Positions 37,297 to 45,609 of a stretch of 64,000 nucleotides of DNA are shown here, in pieces. This DNA comes from an uncultured delta proteobacterium. Its GTDB lineage: Bacteria; Desulfobacterota; Binatia; Binatales; Binataceae. The notes under the pieces were generated by a model, which did not search any database, was not told the DNA's origin, and saw only the letters and a list, made by a program, of their open reading frames with translations. The translations under genes were made by a program, and so were the position numbers. Within the stretch, counting starts at the first letter, position 1. Every line of letters starts with the position of its first letter. The stretch lies in NCBI GenBank assembly GCA_963724765.1, contig CAVRVY010000004.1, positions 736,001 through 800,000 on the forward strand, in the 5' to 3' direction.

Positions 37297-38622
37297 TCAT
37301 TGAGGTTGAGGCAGGCGTTCGAGCGCGCGGCGGGCGATATCGCGGCGCATCTGTTTGCCCTCGAACTCGATCATCGCGGCCGCCTCGTAGGCGGTGGCAA
37401 CCGCGTGGCGCAAATCCGCCGCCATCGCAGTCACCACCAGCACGCGGCCGCCGTCGGACACCAGCCGCCCCTCGTGCGTCGAGGTCCCCGCATGAAAAAC
37501 CTTGACGCGCGTTTTTTGCAGCGCCCATCGCACCTTCGCATCCGAGGGCTCGGTCCCGTCGATCCGCTCAAGCCCGCTTATCGCAACGCCCTTGCGATAC
37601 TCGCCGGGATATCCGCCCGAGGCCAGCACGACGGCCGCAGCGGCGCGCGGCGAGAGCCTGACGCTCAAATTTTTGAGCCGGCCCTCGGCGCAGGCGAGCA
37701 GCGTCTGGGCGAGGTCGCCCTCGAAACGCATCATCAGCGGCTCGCATTCGGGATCGCCGAAGCGAACGTTGTACTCGAGCACGTTGATTCGCGCGCCATC
37801 GATCATCAGCCCCACGAACATCACACCGCGAAACGGTGCGCCGCGCGCGCGCATCGCGCCGAGCGTCGGCGCCACCACCTCGTCCATCACGCGCGCTTCG
37901 AGCGCCGGGCCGAAATGCGGGACCGGCGTGTACGCGCCCATCCCGCCGGTGTTGGGGCCGCGGTCGCCGTCGAAGGCGGCCTTATGATCCTGCACCAGGC
38001 CGAGCGCGACCGCATTTTCGCCGTCGCAGAGCGCGAAGAAGGAAAGCTCCTCGCCCACCAGCCTCTCTTCGATCACGACCCGCGCGCCCGCCGCGCCAAA
38101 GAGCCGGCGTTCCATCGCGTCGTCGATCGCGGCCAGCGCGGCCGCGGCGTCCTCGCACACGACCACGCCCTTGCCCAGCGCCAGGCCGTCCGCCTTGACC
38201 ACCATCGGGCCGCCATGCGCGCGGACCCATCGGCGCGCCGCCTCGGCCTCGTCGAAGACCTCGAAGCTCGCGGTCGGCACGCCCGCCTCACGCATCACGG
38301 CCTTGGCGAACGCCTTGCTCGCCTCCAACTGCGCCGCGGCTTTGGTGGGGCCGAAAACTCTGAGTCCCGCGCGATCGAACTCGTCGACGATTCCCGCGGC
38401 CAGCGGATCTTCGGGCCCGACCACGGTGAGATCGATTTTTTCGCTGCGCACGAAATCGGCCAGAGCGGCGAAATCGTTCTGCGCGACGGGGATTACCTTC
38501 GCGAGCTGCGCTATGCCGGGATTGCCGCCTGCGCAGTAGAGCTTGCGCGCCGTCTCGCTCTGGTTAAGCCGCCAGAGCAGTGCGTGCTCGCGCGCGCCCC
38601 TGCCAACAACCAGTACTTTCAT
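37297..38622 (-). CDS. purD: phosphoribosylamine--glycine ligase
   Basis: GxGAREHAL, VVGPE, KADGLAxGKGV, GPNTGGMGAY, EYNVRFGDPE and FHAGT. Confidence 0.97.
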   Translation of the reverse strand: MKVLVVGRGAREHALLWRLNQSETARKLYCAGGNPGIAQLAKVIPVAQNDFAALADFVRSEKIDLTVVGPEDPLAAGIVDEFDRAGLRVFGPTKAAAQLEASKAFAKAVMREAGVPTASFEVFDEAEAARRWVRAHGGPMVVKADGLALGKGVVVCEDAAAALAAIDDAMERRLFGAAGARVVIEERLVGEELSFFALCDGENAVALGLVQDHKAAFDGDRGPNTGGMGAYTPVPHFGPALEARVMDEVVAPTLGAMRARGAPFRGVMFVGLMIDGARINVLEYNVRFGDPECEPLMMRFEGDLAQTLLACAEGRLKNLSVRLSPRAAAAVVLASGGYPGEYRKGVAISGLERIDGTEPSDAKVRWALQKTRVKVFHAGTSTHEGRLVSDGGRVLVVTAMAADLRHAVATAYEAAAMIEFEGKQMRRDIARRALERLPQPQ

Positions 38623-38700
38623 CAGGCCGATACTTCCATCAGGCCGACCGCCTTTATCGGGCCAGTAATTTTAATCGAGCAAGCGACTTTCATCGAGCAA
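38612..38700 (-). repeat. five degenerate ~18-bp units reiterating the purD start region; contains a 23-codon uORF (38693..38622)
   Basis: Minus strand: ttgctcgATGAAAGTCGC / ttgctcgATTAAAATTAC / tggcccgATAAAGGCGGT / cggcctgATGGAAGTAT / cggcctgATGAAAGTA. Confidence 0.65.
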
Positions 38701-38753
38701 CTGAGAACGCCGGACGGCAGGCGCGGCCTGGAATTAATTGTGGCGCGCGGTCC

Positions 38754-40319
38754 TCAGTGACGGAAGTGGCGCACCCCTGTAAAGACCATCGCGAGCCCGT
38801 GCGCGTCAGCGGCGGCGATGACCTCGGAATCGCGCATCGCACCACCCGGCTGTGCGATCGCCGTGGCGCCGGCCTCGGCAGCCAGCGTCGGGCCGTCGGG
38901 AAAAGGAAACAAAGCCTCGGACACCAGCACCGAATCTTTAAGTGATACTTTAAGCCGTGCTGCCTTCTCGCGCGCCGCGTACAGCGGGTCGATTCGCGAG
39001 GTCGCGCCACCACCGACCGCCAGCGTGCGATCCTCGGTGACGAAGGCGATCGCATTGGACTTTACGTGCTTGCACACCCGGATACCGAATTCCATTGCGC
39101 GCAATTCCGCGGGGGTCGGCGCACGCCGCGTCACGACCTTGCCTTCGCGGGGGTCCTCAAGGCTGAGGTCGGGTGTTTGCACCAGCAATCCGCCGACGAC
39201 TCGTTTGAGGTCCAAGTCCTCGCGCCGCACCGCCTCGGGATGAAACCGCATCACGCGCCGATTCTTCTTCTTGCGCAAAAACTCCAGCACACCGGGCTCG
39301 AAGGAGGTCGCAATCAGAACCTCGGTGAACAATTCGTCGACCGCCTCGGCGAACGGCAGGTCCCACGGGCGATTAGCGATGATTATTCCGCCGAATGGCG
39401 AGTCGGGGTCGGTCGCGAACGCCTTCCCCCAAGCCTCAAGCAGCGTCGCGCCGACGCCCACGCCGCACGGCATGTTGTGCTTGAGGATCGCGACCACGGC
39501 GTCTTTGTAGCCGGTGAAATCGAGCATCAGATTGACGGCAGAGCTGATGTCGAAGACGTTGTTGAAGGAAAGCTCGCGGCCATGGAGTTGTTCGGCGATT
39601 TCGAGAAAGCGCCCGTAGAGCGCGCCTACCTGATGCGGATTCTCGCCGTAGCGAAGCGTCTGCTCGCGCGGCAGCGAGAGGCTGAAGGTCTCGCCGAGCG
39701 GTTGGCGCTGGCCGTCTTCGATCGCGCCGAGGTAATTGGAGATTGCGCAATCGTAAGCGGTCACACGCGCAAAGGCCTTGCGCGCCAGACGCCATCGGGT
39801 CGCCCGCCCAAGCGCGCCGCCGCTCTTTGCGAGTTCCTCGATCAGCGCCGGGTAGTCAGCCGGGTCGACCACCACCGCGACGTCGTTCCAGTTCTTGGCC
39901 GCCGCCCGCACCAGCGCGGGGCCGCCGATGTCGATATTCTCGATCGCGTCGTCCAGGCTGACGCCGGCGCGCTCGACCGTGCGTTCGAAGGGATAGAAGT
40001 TGACCACCACCAGGTCGATCGGCTCGATCCCATGCTCGCGCATCTGGCGGCGATGGTTCTCGTCGCCGCGCCGCGCCAGGATTGCGCCGTGAATCTTCGG
40101 ATGGAGCGTCTTGACCCGCCCGTCGAGCATCTCGGGCGAGCCGGTAAAGTTTTCGACTCCGCGGACCTTGACTCCGTCCGCTTCCAGAGCCGCCGCGGTG
40201 CCGCTGGTCGAAACTATCTCGACTCCGCGCACCGCCAGCGCCCGGGCGAATTCGCCGAGCCCCGCCTTATCCGAGACGCCGAGCAGCGCCCGGGTGATTT
40301 TTACCGCGCCGGTTTCCAT
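38754..40319 (-). CDS. purH: bifunctional AICAR transformylase / IMP cyclohydrolase
   Basis: GRVKTLHP, IDIGGP, LRYGENPHQ, KHxxPCG, KHVKSNAI and FTGVRHFRH. Confidence 0.97.
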   Translation of the reverse strand: METGAVKITRALLGVSDKAGLGEFARALAVRGVEIVSTSGTAAALEADGVKVRGVENFTGSPEMLDGRVKTLHPKIHGAILARRGDENHRRQMREHGIEPIDLVVVNFYPFERTVERAGVSLDDAIENIDIGGPALVRAAAKNWNDVAVVVDPADYPALIEELAKSGGALGRATRWRLARKAFARVTAYDCAISNYLGAIEDGQRQPLGETFSLSLPREQTLRYGENPHQVGALYGRFLEIAEQLHGRELSFNNVFDISSAVNLMLDFTGYKDAVVAILKHNMPCGVGVGATLLEAWGKAFATDPDSPFGGIIIANRPWDLPFAEAVDELFTEVLIATSFEPGVLEFLRKKKNRRVMRFHPEAVRREDLDLKRVVGGLLVQTPDLSLEDPREGKVVTRRAPTPAELRAMEFGIRVCKHVKSNAIAFVTEDRTLAVGGGATSRIDPLYAAREKAARLKVSLKDSVLVSEALFPFPDGPTLAAEAGATAIAQPGGAMRDSEVIAAADAHGLAMVFTGVRHFRH

Positions 40320-40320
40320 C

Positions 40321-41457
40321 TCAGGCGGCCGCCCTGCGATACACGCGCGGCACGCGTTTGCCGACCGTACACAGCATCTCGTAAGAGATGGTCTGAGCGA
40401 GGCGCGCGATGTCGTTGACGCTGATCATCGCCTCGCCCGCGCCGCCCCACAGGATGACCTCGTCGCCGATTGCCGCACCGGGTACGTCAGTCAGGTCTAC
40501 CATGGTCAGATCCATGCACACCGCACCGACCACCGGCGCGCGCCGCCCGCGTATCATCACTTCACCGCCGTGCTGAAGTCCACGCCGATAGCCGTCGGCG
40601 TAGCCGACCGCGAGCACGCCGATCGCGCTCGGGCGCGGCGTGACGAAGGTATGGCCATAGCTGACGCCGACTCCCGCCGGCACGCGCTTGACCTGGACCA
40701 CGCGGGTTTTAAAGGTCATCACGGGCCGCAGTTCCACCCGCTCGCGCACGGCCGGCACGGGCGGCAATCCATAAATCGCAAGGCCGGGGCGCAGCAGACT
40801 ATAGTGCGCGTCGGGCCGCAAAATCGAGGCAGCGGAATTGGCGACATGGGCGACCCGCGGATCGATCCCTGCCGCGCGCAGCCGCGCCGTCGCGGCGTTG
40901 AACACTTCAAGTTGCGCGCCGGTTACGGGGCTTTGAGGATCGCCGGCATTGACCAGCAAGGTGCACACGCCCTCGACGGTCAGCGACGGTGCGCGGCCGA
41001 GTTCCGCGACTACGTGGTCCAGTTCGTCGGGCAGAATCCCGAGCCGGGTCGCGCCGCTGTCGACCTTAAGATGAATCTGAAAATTCGCGCGGGCCTGCGC
41101 TTCCACCGCGCGCCCCAACGGTGCGATCAGCGCCACGTCGTACACGAATGGCGTGAGGTCGAGGCCGACGATCTCCGCGGCCTCACCGGCAAGAAATCCT
41201 CCCAGGAGGTAGATACGTTCGTGCACGCCGGCCGCGCGCAACTCACGCGCCTCGCACACCCGGGCGACGCCGAAATGGCCGCAGCCCTCACCGCGCAATG
41301 CGCGCGTGACTTCAATCGCACCGTGCCCGTACGCGTCGGCCTTGACCACCGCCATCAGTTCCGCGCCGCTGCCAGCCGCCTTGATCGCCTGGTAGTTGGC
41401 GCCGAGCGCTCCCAGATCGATCTCGGCCACGCTCGGCGGCCCGTTCACGATTTCCAT
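40321..41457 (-). CDS. alr: alanine racemase
   Basis: AVVKADAYGHG (PLP lysine), HLKVDSG, GYADG, VCMD and TISYE. Confidence 0.96.
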   Translation of the reverse strand: MEIVNGPPSVAEIDLGALGANYQAIKAAGSGAELMAVVKADAYGHGAIEVTRALRGEGCGHFGVARVCEARELRAAGVHERIYLLGGFLAGEAAEIVGLDLTPFVYDVALIAPLGRAVEAQARANFQIHLKVDSGATRLGILPDELDHVVAELGRAPSLTVEGVCTLLVNAGDPQSPVTGAQLEVFNAATARLRAAGIDPRVAHVANSAASILRPDAHYSLLRPGLAIYGLPPVPAVRERVELRPVMTFKTRVVQVKRVPAGVGVSYGHTFVTPRPSAIGVLAVGYADGYRRGLQHGGEVMIRGRRAPVVGAVCMDLTMVDLTDVPGAAIGDEVILWGGAGEAMISVNDIARLAQTISYEMLCTVGKRVPRVYRRAAA

Positions 41458-41524
41458 CGATGCCTGAAACCGTCCTTGTTATTCTCTCGCCGGATGGCTT
41501 GATGATACCGGCCCGACCTCTTTT

Positions 41525-41553
41525 TTGACACTCCCCTGCCCAAGTGATATTCA
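41525..41553 (+). promoter_or_regulatory. putative sigma70 promoter of the thi operon
   Basis: TTGACA-N17-TATTCA with an extended-10 TG, immediately upstream of the riboswitch. Confidence 0.55.
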
Positions 41554-41560
41554 CATAATT

Positions 41561-41645
41561 GGCTGGGGGTGTGCGCGCAGAGAGGCGCACTGAGAAGGAA
41601 AACCCCTCGAACCTGATCCGGGTAATGCCGGCGTAGGGAAGCCGC
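41561..41645 (+). ncRNA. TPP riboswitch (THI box)
   Basis: GGGG..CTGAGA..ACCC..GAACCTGATCCGGGTAATGCCGGCGTAGGGAA consensus directly upstream of thiS-thiG-thiE. Confidence 0.93.
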
Positions 41646-41688
41646 GCTCCGCCCCTTGCTGGACGGCGGAACGATCGCGGTTCCGCCC

Positions 41689-41724
41689 AAAGCCGCTTGC
41701 CCGAAATCGGGGAAGCGGCTTTTT
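41689..41724 (+). terminator. riboswitch expression-platform terminator
   Basis: aaagccgcttgcccg-aaat-cggggaagcggc-ttttt, ending 2 nt before the thiS ATG. Confidence 0.7.
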
Positions 41725-41726
41725 CG

Positions 41727-41948
41727 ATGTCCGAGATTCCATCGCGCTTCGCAATTCAACTCAACGGTGAGGAGTACACGGTCGACGGCGACCCGAGTCT
41801 GCCCGCGCTACTCGAACGGCTCAAGATGCGCCGCGGCCGGGTGGCGGTCGAAATCAACCAGGCCGTTATACCGCGCGCAGAATACGACGCGGTCAATATC
41901 AAACCCGGCGACACGGTCGAGGTAATCAACTTCGTTGGAGGCGGCTAG
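41727..41948 (+). CDS. thiS: sulfur carrier protein ThiS
   Basis: 73 aa; LNGE, VAVEIN and C-terminal FVGGG. Confidence 0.95.
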   Translation: MSEIPSRFAIQLNGEEYTVDGDPSLPALLERLKMRRGRVAVEINQAVIPRAEYDAVNIKPGDTVEVINFVGGG

Positions 41949-41994
41949 CGCGCCGGCGTGCGCGCCGCGCGCGCAACCCGTGTATGATCGATTC

Positions 41995-42771
41995 ATGGAA
42001 CATGATCAATTTGAACTGGCCGGCAAGGTCTTTCATTCAAGACTGATCGTCGGCACCGGCAAGTACCGCGACTTCGCCGAAACCCGCGCGGCGGTCGAGG
42101 CGAGCGGCGCCGAGATTGTCACGGTGGCTGTGCGCCGGGTCAATATCGCCGACCGCAAGAGCGAGAACCTGCTCGATTACATCGATCCCAAGCGCTACCA
42201 GATTCTGCCCAACACGGCCGGATGCTACACCGTCGAAGAGGCGGTGCGCACCTGCCGCCTGGCGCGCGAGGTCGGCGTCGGCGACATGGTCAAGCTCGAA
42301 GTCATCGGCGATCAGAAAACCCTGTTTCCCGACGTGCCGGCTACAATCGAGGCGGCGAAAATCCTGGTCAAGGAAGGCTTCAAGGTCCTGCCCTACATCA
42401 CCGACGATCCGGTGGCGTGTTTGCGGCTGGCGGATATCGGCTGCGCGGCGGTGATGCCGCTGGCGGCGCCGATTGGCTCGGGCATGGGCATCCGCAACCC
42501 CTTCAACCTGCGCATCATCATCGAGCAGGCGAAGGTCCCGGTGATCGTCGATGCCGGCGTGGGCACGGCGTCGGACGCGGCCGAAGCGATGGAGATTGGC
42601 TCCGACGGACTGCTGATCAACTCCGCGATCGCGGGGGCCAAAGACCCGATCGCGATGGCGCATGCGATGAAGCTCGCGATCGAAGCCGGACGTATCGCAT
42701 ATCTTGCGGGACGAATCGAGCAGAAGCTTTACGCAACGGCCTCAAGTCCGCTCAGCGGCTTGATTCGCTAA
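41995..42771 (+). CDS. thiG: thiazole synthase
   Basis: [34 protein letters not shown] and VDAGVG. Confidence 0.97.
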   Translation: MEHDQFELAGKVFHSRLIVGTGKYRDFAETRAAVEASGAEIVTVAVRRVNIADRKSENLLDYIDPKRYQILPNTAGCYTVEEAVRTCRLAREVGVGDMVKLEVIGDQKTLFPDVPATIEAAKILVKEGFKVLPYITDDPVACLRLADIGCAAVMPLAAPIGSGMGIRNPFNLRIIIEQAKVPVIVDAGVGTASDAAEAMEIGSDGLLINSAIAGAKDPIAMAHAMKLAIEAGRIAYLAGRIEQKLYATASSPLSGLIR

Positions 42772-42797
42772 GGACGCTATATTCGTTAAAGCGACCA

Positions 42798-43508
42798 TTG
42801 GACAGCGCGCTCAGTCCGCCGCCCAAGTTCCAGCTCTACCTGATCAGCGACCGCCGTCTGATCGCGCCGCGCGATCTCGCGGAGGTCTGCGACGAAGTGC
42901 TCGGCGCGCTCGCGCGCGACGAGCCGGCCATCCGCCTCGCAGTCCAGCTTCGCGAAAAGGACCTCGGCGGCCGCGAGCTTTATCAACTTGCGATGGCCCT
43001 ACGCCCGATATGCACCCGGCATCGCGCGCTTCTGATGGTGAATGACCGGATCGACGTCGCCCTGGCCGCCGGAGCCGACGGCGCGCATCTGCCCGCCAAC
43101 TCGGTCGCGATCGCCGACGCGCGACGGCTCTTAGGGTCGTCGCGGCTAATCGGCGTCTCGACGCACAGCGCTGCGGAGGCCGCGGATGCGGCCGCCGCGG
43201 GCGCCGACTTCGCGGTGTTCGGGCCGGTGTGGCCGCCGCTCTCGAAGCCCGGCTACGGCCCGGCACGCGGCGCCGAGTCCCTCGGCGCCGCGTGCCGGGC
43301 CGTAGCCGGGATGCCGCTCTACGCGCTCGGCGGGGTCACCGTCGAGCGCGTAGAGGCGCTGGGCGCGCCCAGCGGGGCGGCCGCCGCCTTCGGCGGCGGC
43401 CGCCCCGCTGGGCTCGCCGTCATCGGCGCCGTATTCGGCGCCGATAACCCGGTGGTCGCGGCGCTTGCGCTCGCGCGCGCGATGCGGCGCGCGCTCGCGC
43501 CGCGCTAA
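42798..43508 (+). CDS. thiE: thiamine phosphate synthase (ThiE/TenI family)
   Basis: LYLISDR, VQLREK, VNDRIDVA, GVSTHS and YALGG. The TTG start at 42798 is inferred; the upstream part of ORF 42222 overlaps thiG. Confidence 0.85.
   Translation: MDSALSPPPKFQLYLISDRRLIAPRDLAEVCDEVLGALARDEPAIRLAVQLREKDLGGRELYQLAMALRPICTRHRALLMVNDRIDVALAAGADGAHLPANSVAIADARRLLGSSRLIGVSTHSAAEAADAAAAGADFAVFGPVWPPLSKPGYGPARGAESLGAACRAVAGMPLYALGGVTVERVEALGAPSGAAAAFGGGRPAGLAVIGAVFGADNPVVAALALARAMRRALAPR
43367..43413. repeat. perfect 22-bp inverted repeat inside thiE
   Basis: gcccagcggggcggccgccgcc-TTC-ggcggcggccgccccgctgggc. Confidence 0.85.
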
Positions 43509-43559
43509 CGGGCGGGATGCGCGAGCGGCTAAAAGCCGCTCGCGCATCCCGCCCGTTTT
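43507..43559 (+). terminator. perfect 24-bp hairpin plus U-tract, likely the thi operon terminator
   Basis: aacgggcgggatgcgcgagcggct-AAA-agccgctcgcgcatcccgcccgtt-tt, overlapping the thiE stop. Confidence 0.75.
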
Positions 43560-43814
43560 ACCCCCAACAGGATGACAAGCTCTTGTCCGCAACCTGCTGC
43601 CGTGTACATTCGCGCCGCGATCGAACGAATGGATCGCGAGAACGCCGCTGCGATGCGTGCGGAAAACCCAGGTTGAGGCGTCGCACAGCGTTCACAAGGA
43701 GAGCATGCGGGTGAATGCGGAGTTCGCGGTACTCGAGCGCGACCCAGGCCTGAACGCGGCGAGCTTTGGCTGGCAAGCCTCAACCCGAGTCGAAGTTCTC
43801 GAACTTACTGAAAG

Positions 43815-45578
43815 TTACTGACTAACCAGAGCCGCTGCCGGTTCGAGTGTGACGGCGCCCTCGCCGAGCAGCATCGCCACCGCCTGCTCCTCCCATGCTC
43901 CGCTTGGCGGTGCGAGCGGATCCTGCGCGCTCAGACGATGCTCGACGACCATCCGCGAAAGCAACAGCCGCCGGCCGTTGTCCAGGCGCGCCGCCTCCCA
44001 AGCCATCAGCACCGCAGTGGCGGCGTTGTAGAGCGCGCCCGCCGCCATCCGCGCCAACCGGTCGCCCTCGGCGCCGGACGCGCGCGCGGCGAATGCGACT
44101 GCGCGATCGATCAACTCACCAAGCCGCGCGCGAAACTTTCGCGGCACCAAGCGCGACGCCTCGGCCAGGCGCGCATGCATAGCCGCGCCGAGCGCCTCAT
44201 GCGCGCCCATTTTTGCCGCCGCGCGGCCAATCGCGTCGAGCGCGTTGATGTTGCTGGTGCCTTCCCAGAGCACGCCGATTTGTGCATCGCGGACCAGGCG
44301 TGGATTTACCCAGTCCTCTATGTAGCCGTTGCCGCCGCGCATCTCCATCGCGCCCGTCGCCACGCGCAGATTGTCGCGGCACGCACGGAACTTGAAGAGC
44401 GGAGTCAGGATGCGCAGCAGATGTGCCGCGCTCTCATCGGCGCGATTAGCGCGGCCCATCACGTCAGCCGTCCACGCGTACATCGAGAGCGCCTGCTCCG
44501 CCGGCACCATCAGCTTCAGCAATTGACGGCGCACGAGCGGCATCTCGATCAGTGCACGGCCAAACGCGATACGGCTGCGGGCCACGCACAGCGCTTCGTT
44601 GACGCAGCGGCGCATCATCGCGGCGGCGCGCACACCGTGCGAGAGCCGCGACAGGTTGACCTGGTCGAGCATCTGCTTGAAGCCGGCGCGCAGTTCGCCG
44701 ACCTGCCACGCGAATGCGCCCTCGAGCCGAATCTCTCCGCTCGCCATCGAGCGCGTGCCAAGCTTGTCCTTCAGGCGCACGATGCGGTAGCGATTGCGGC
44801 TGCCGTCTTCGAGCCGCCGCGGCATCGCGAATAACCCCAGGCCGCGAGTGCCGGTGGCCGCGCCCTGCGGACGCGCCAGGATGAGCGCCAGGTCGGCGTC
44901 GGTGTGCGAGCAGAACCATTTCTCGCCGTAAAGCCGCCATTCGCCGTTTTCCTGCCGCGCCTCGCTCTCCAACGCGCCCACGTCCGAGCCGCCGGATTTC
45001 TCGGTCATGAACTGTGTGCCCTTCCACATCTCGGCCGGGTCCTGCGAGAGCAGGCGGGGCAAGAGCTTGCGTTTGAGCTCATCGCTGCCGTAGCGAAGGA
45101 TAATGAAGTTGCTGGTGTCCGAGACGCTGACCGGACACATCAGGCCGAACTCCGCCTGCACGAAGAGGTACTGGAAGCCGTACTTGGCGATCGGCGGCAT
45201 CGGCGCGGGCCATCCGAGCACGCCTGCGCGATGGCTCATCGCGTGTAATCCCAATTCATTGAAAGCGATGCGCTCCATCTCGCGGTAGGCGGGATGATAC
45301 TCGATCCAGTCCTCGTCGCGGCCGAAGCGGTCGCGCGGATGGAGCACCGGGGGGTGCTTGTCGGCGGCGTCGGCAAGTTCGTCGAGGCGGCCGCCCGCGA
45401 GTCCGCCGAGGCGATCGAGGTGGGGCTCGAGGTGGGCGCGCAACGCAGGCTCCATATAAAGGTCGAGTAGGCCGCGAAACGCGTCGTCGGCGCGGTAGAA
45501 GTTCATCCCGCGGCAATCGGACGCGACGTGATCGGAACCGGTTTTTTGCCGCGCGCCGCTATTGAGTCGGGCTTCCAT
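43815..45578 (-). CDS. acyl-CoA dehydrogenase family protein (AidB-like)
   Basis: WIEYHPAY, QFMTEKSGGSDVG, GEKWFCS, RLKDKLGTRSMASGE, GGNGYIED and WEGTSN. Confidence 0.9.
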   Translation of the reverse strand: MEARLNSGARQKTGSDHVASDCRGMNFYRADDAFRGLLDLYMEPALRAHLEPHLDRLGGLAGGRLDELADAADKHPPVLHPRDRFGRDEDWIEYHPAYREMERIAFNELGLHAMSHRAGVLGWPAPMPPIAKYGFQYLFVQAEFGLMCPVSVSDTSNFIILRYGSDELKRKLLPRLLSQDPAEMWKGTQFMTEKSGGSDVGALESEARQENGEWRLYGEKWFCSHTDADLALILARPQGAATGTRGLGLFAMPRRLEDGSRNRYRIVRLKDKLGTRSMASGEIRLEGAFAWQVGELRAGFKQMLDQVNLSRLSHGVRAAAMMRRCVNEALCVARSRIAFGRALIEMPLVRRQLLKLMVPAEQALSMYAWTADVMGRANRADESAAHLLRILTPLFKFRACRDNLRVATGAMEMRGGNGYIEDWVNPRLVRDAQIGVLWEGTSNINALDAIGRAAAKMGAHEALGAAMHARLAEASRLVPRKFRARLGELIDRAVAFAARASGAEGDRLARMAAGALYNAATAVLMAWEAARLDNGRRLLLSRMVVEHRLSAQDPLAPPSGAWEEQAVAMLLGEGAVTLEPAAALVSQ

Positions 45579-45609
45579 AGCCGTCTCTCATCAGGCGCAG
45601 TCGAGGCTG

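Noticed and set aside
36892-38760. 622-aa plus-strand ORF and other long antisense ORFs (12136..13353, 26350..27570, 39066..40418, 40111..41502, 47404..48798, 55909..57489)
   Set aside because: They are shadow frames opposite well-recognised genes, expected in high-GC DNA, with Arg-rich composition and no motifs.
42222-42797. N-terminal extension making ThiE a 428-aa fusion
   Set aside because: The extension overlaps thiG in another frame and is low-complexity; ThiE similarity starts near 42798.
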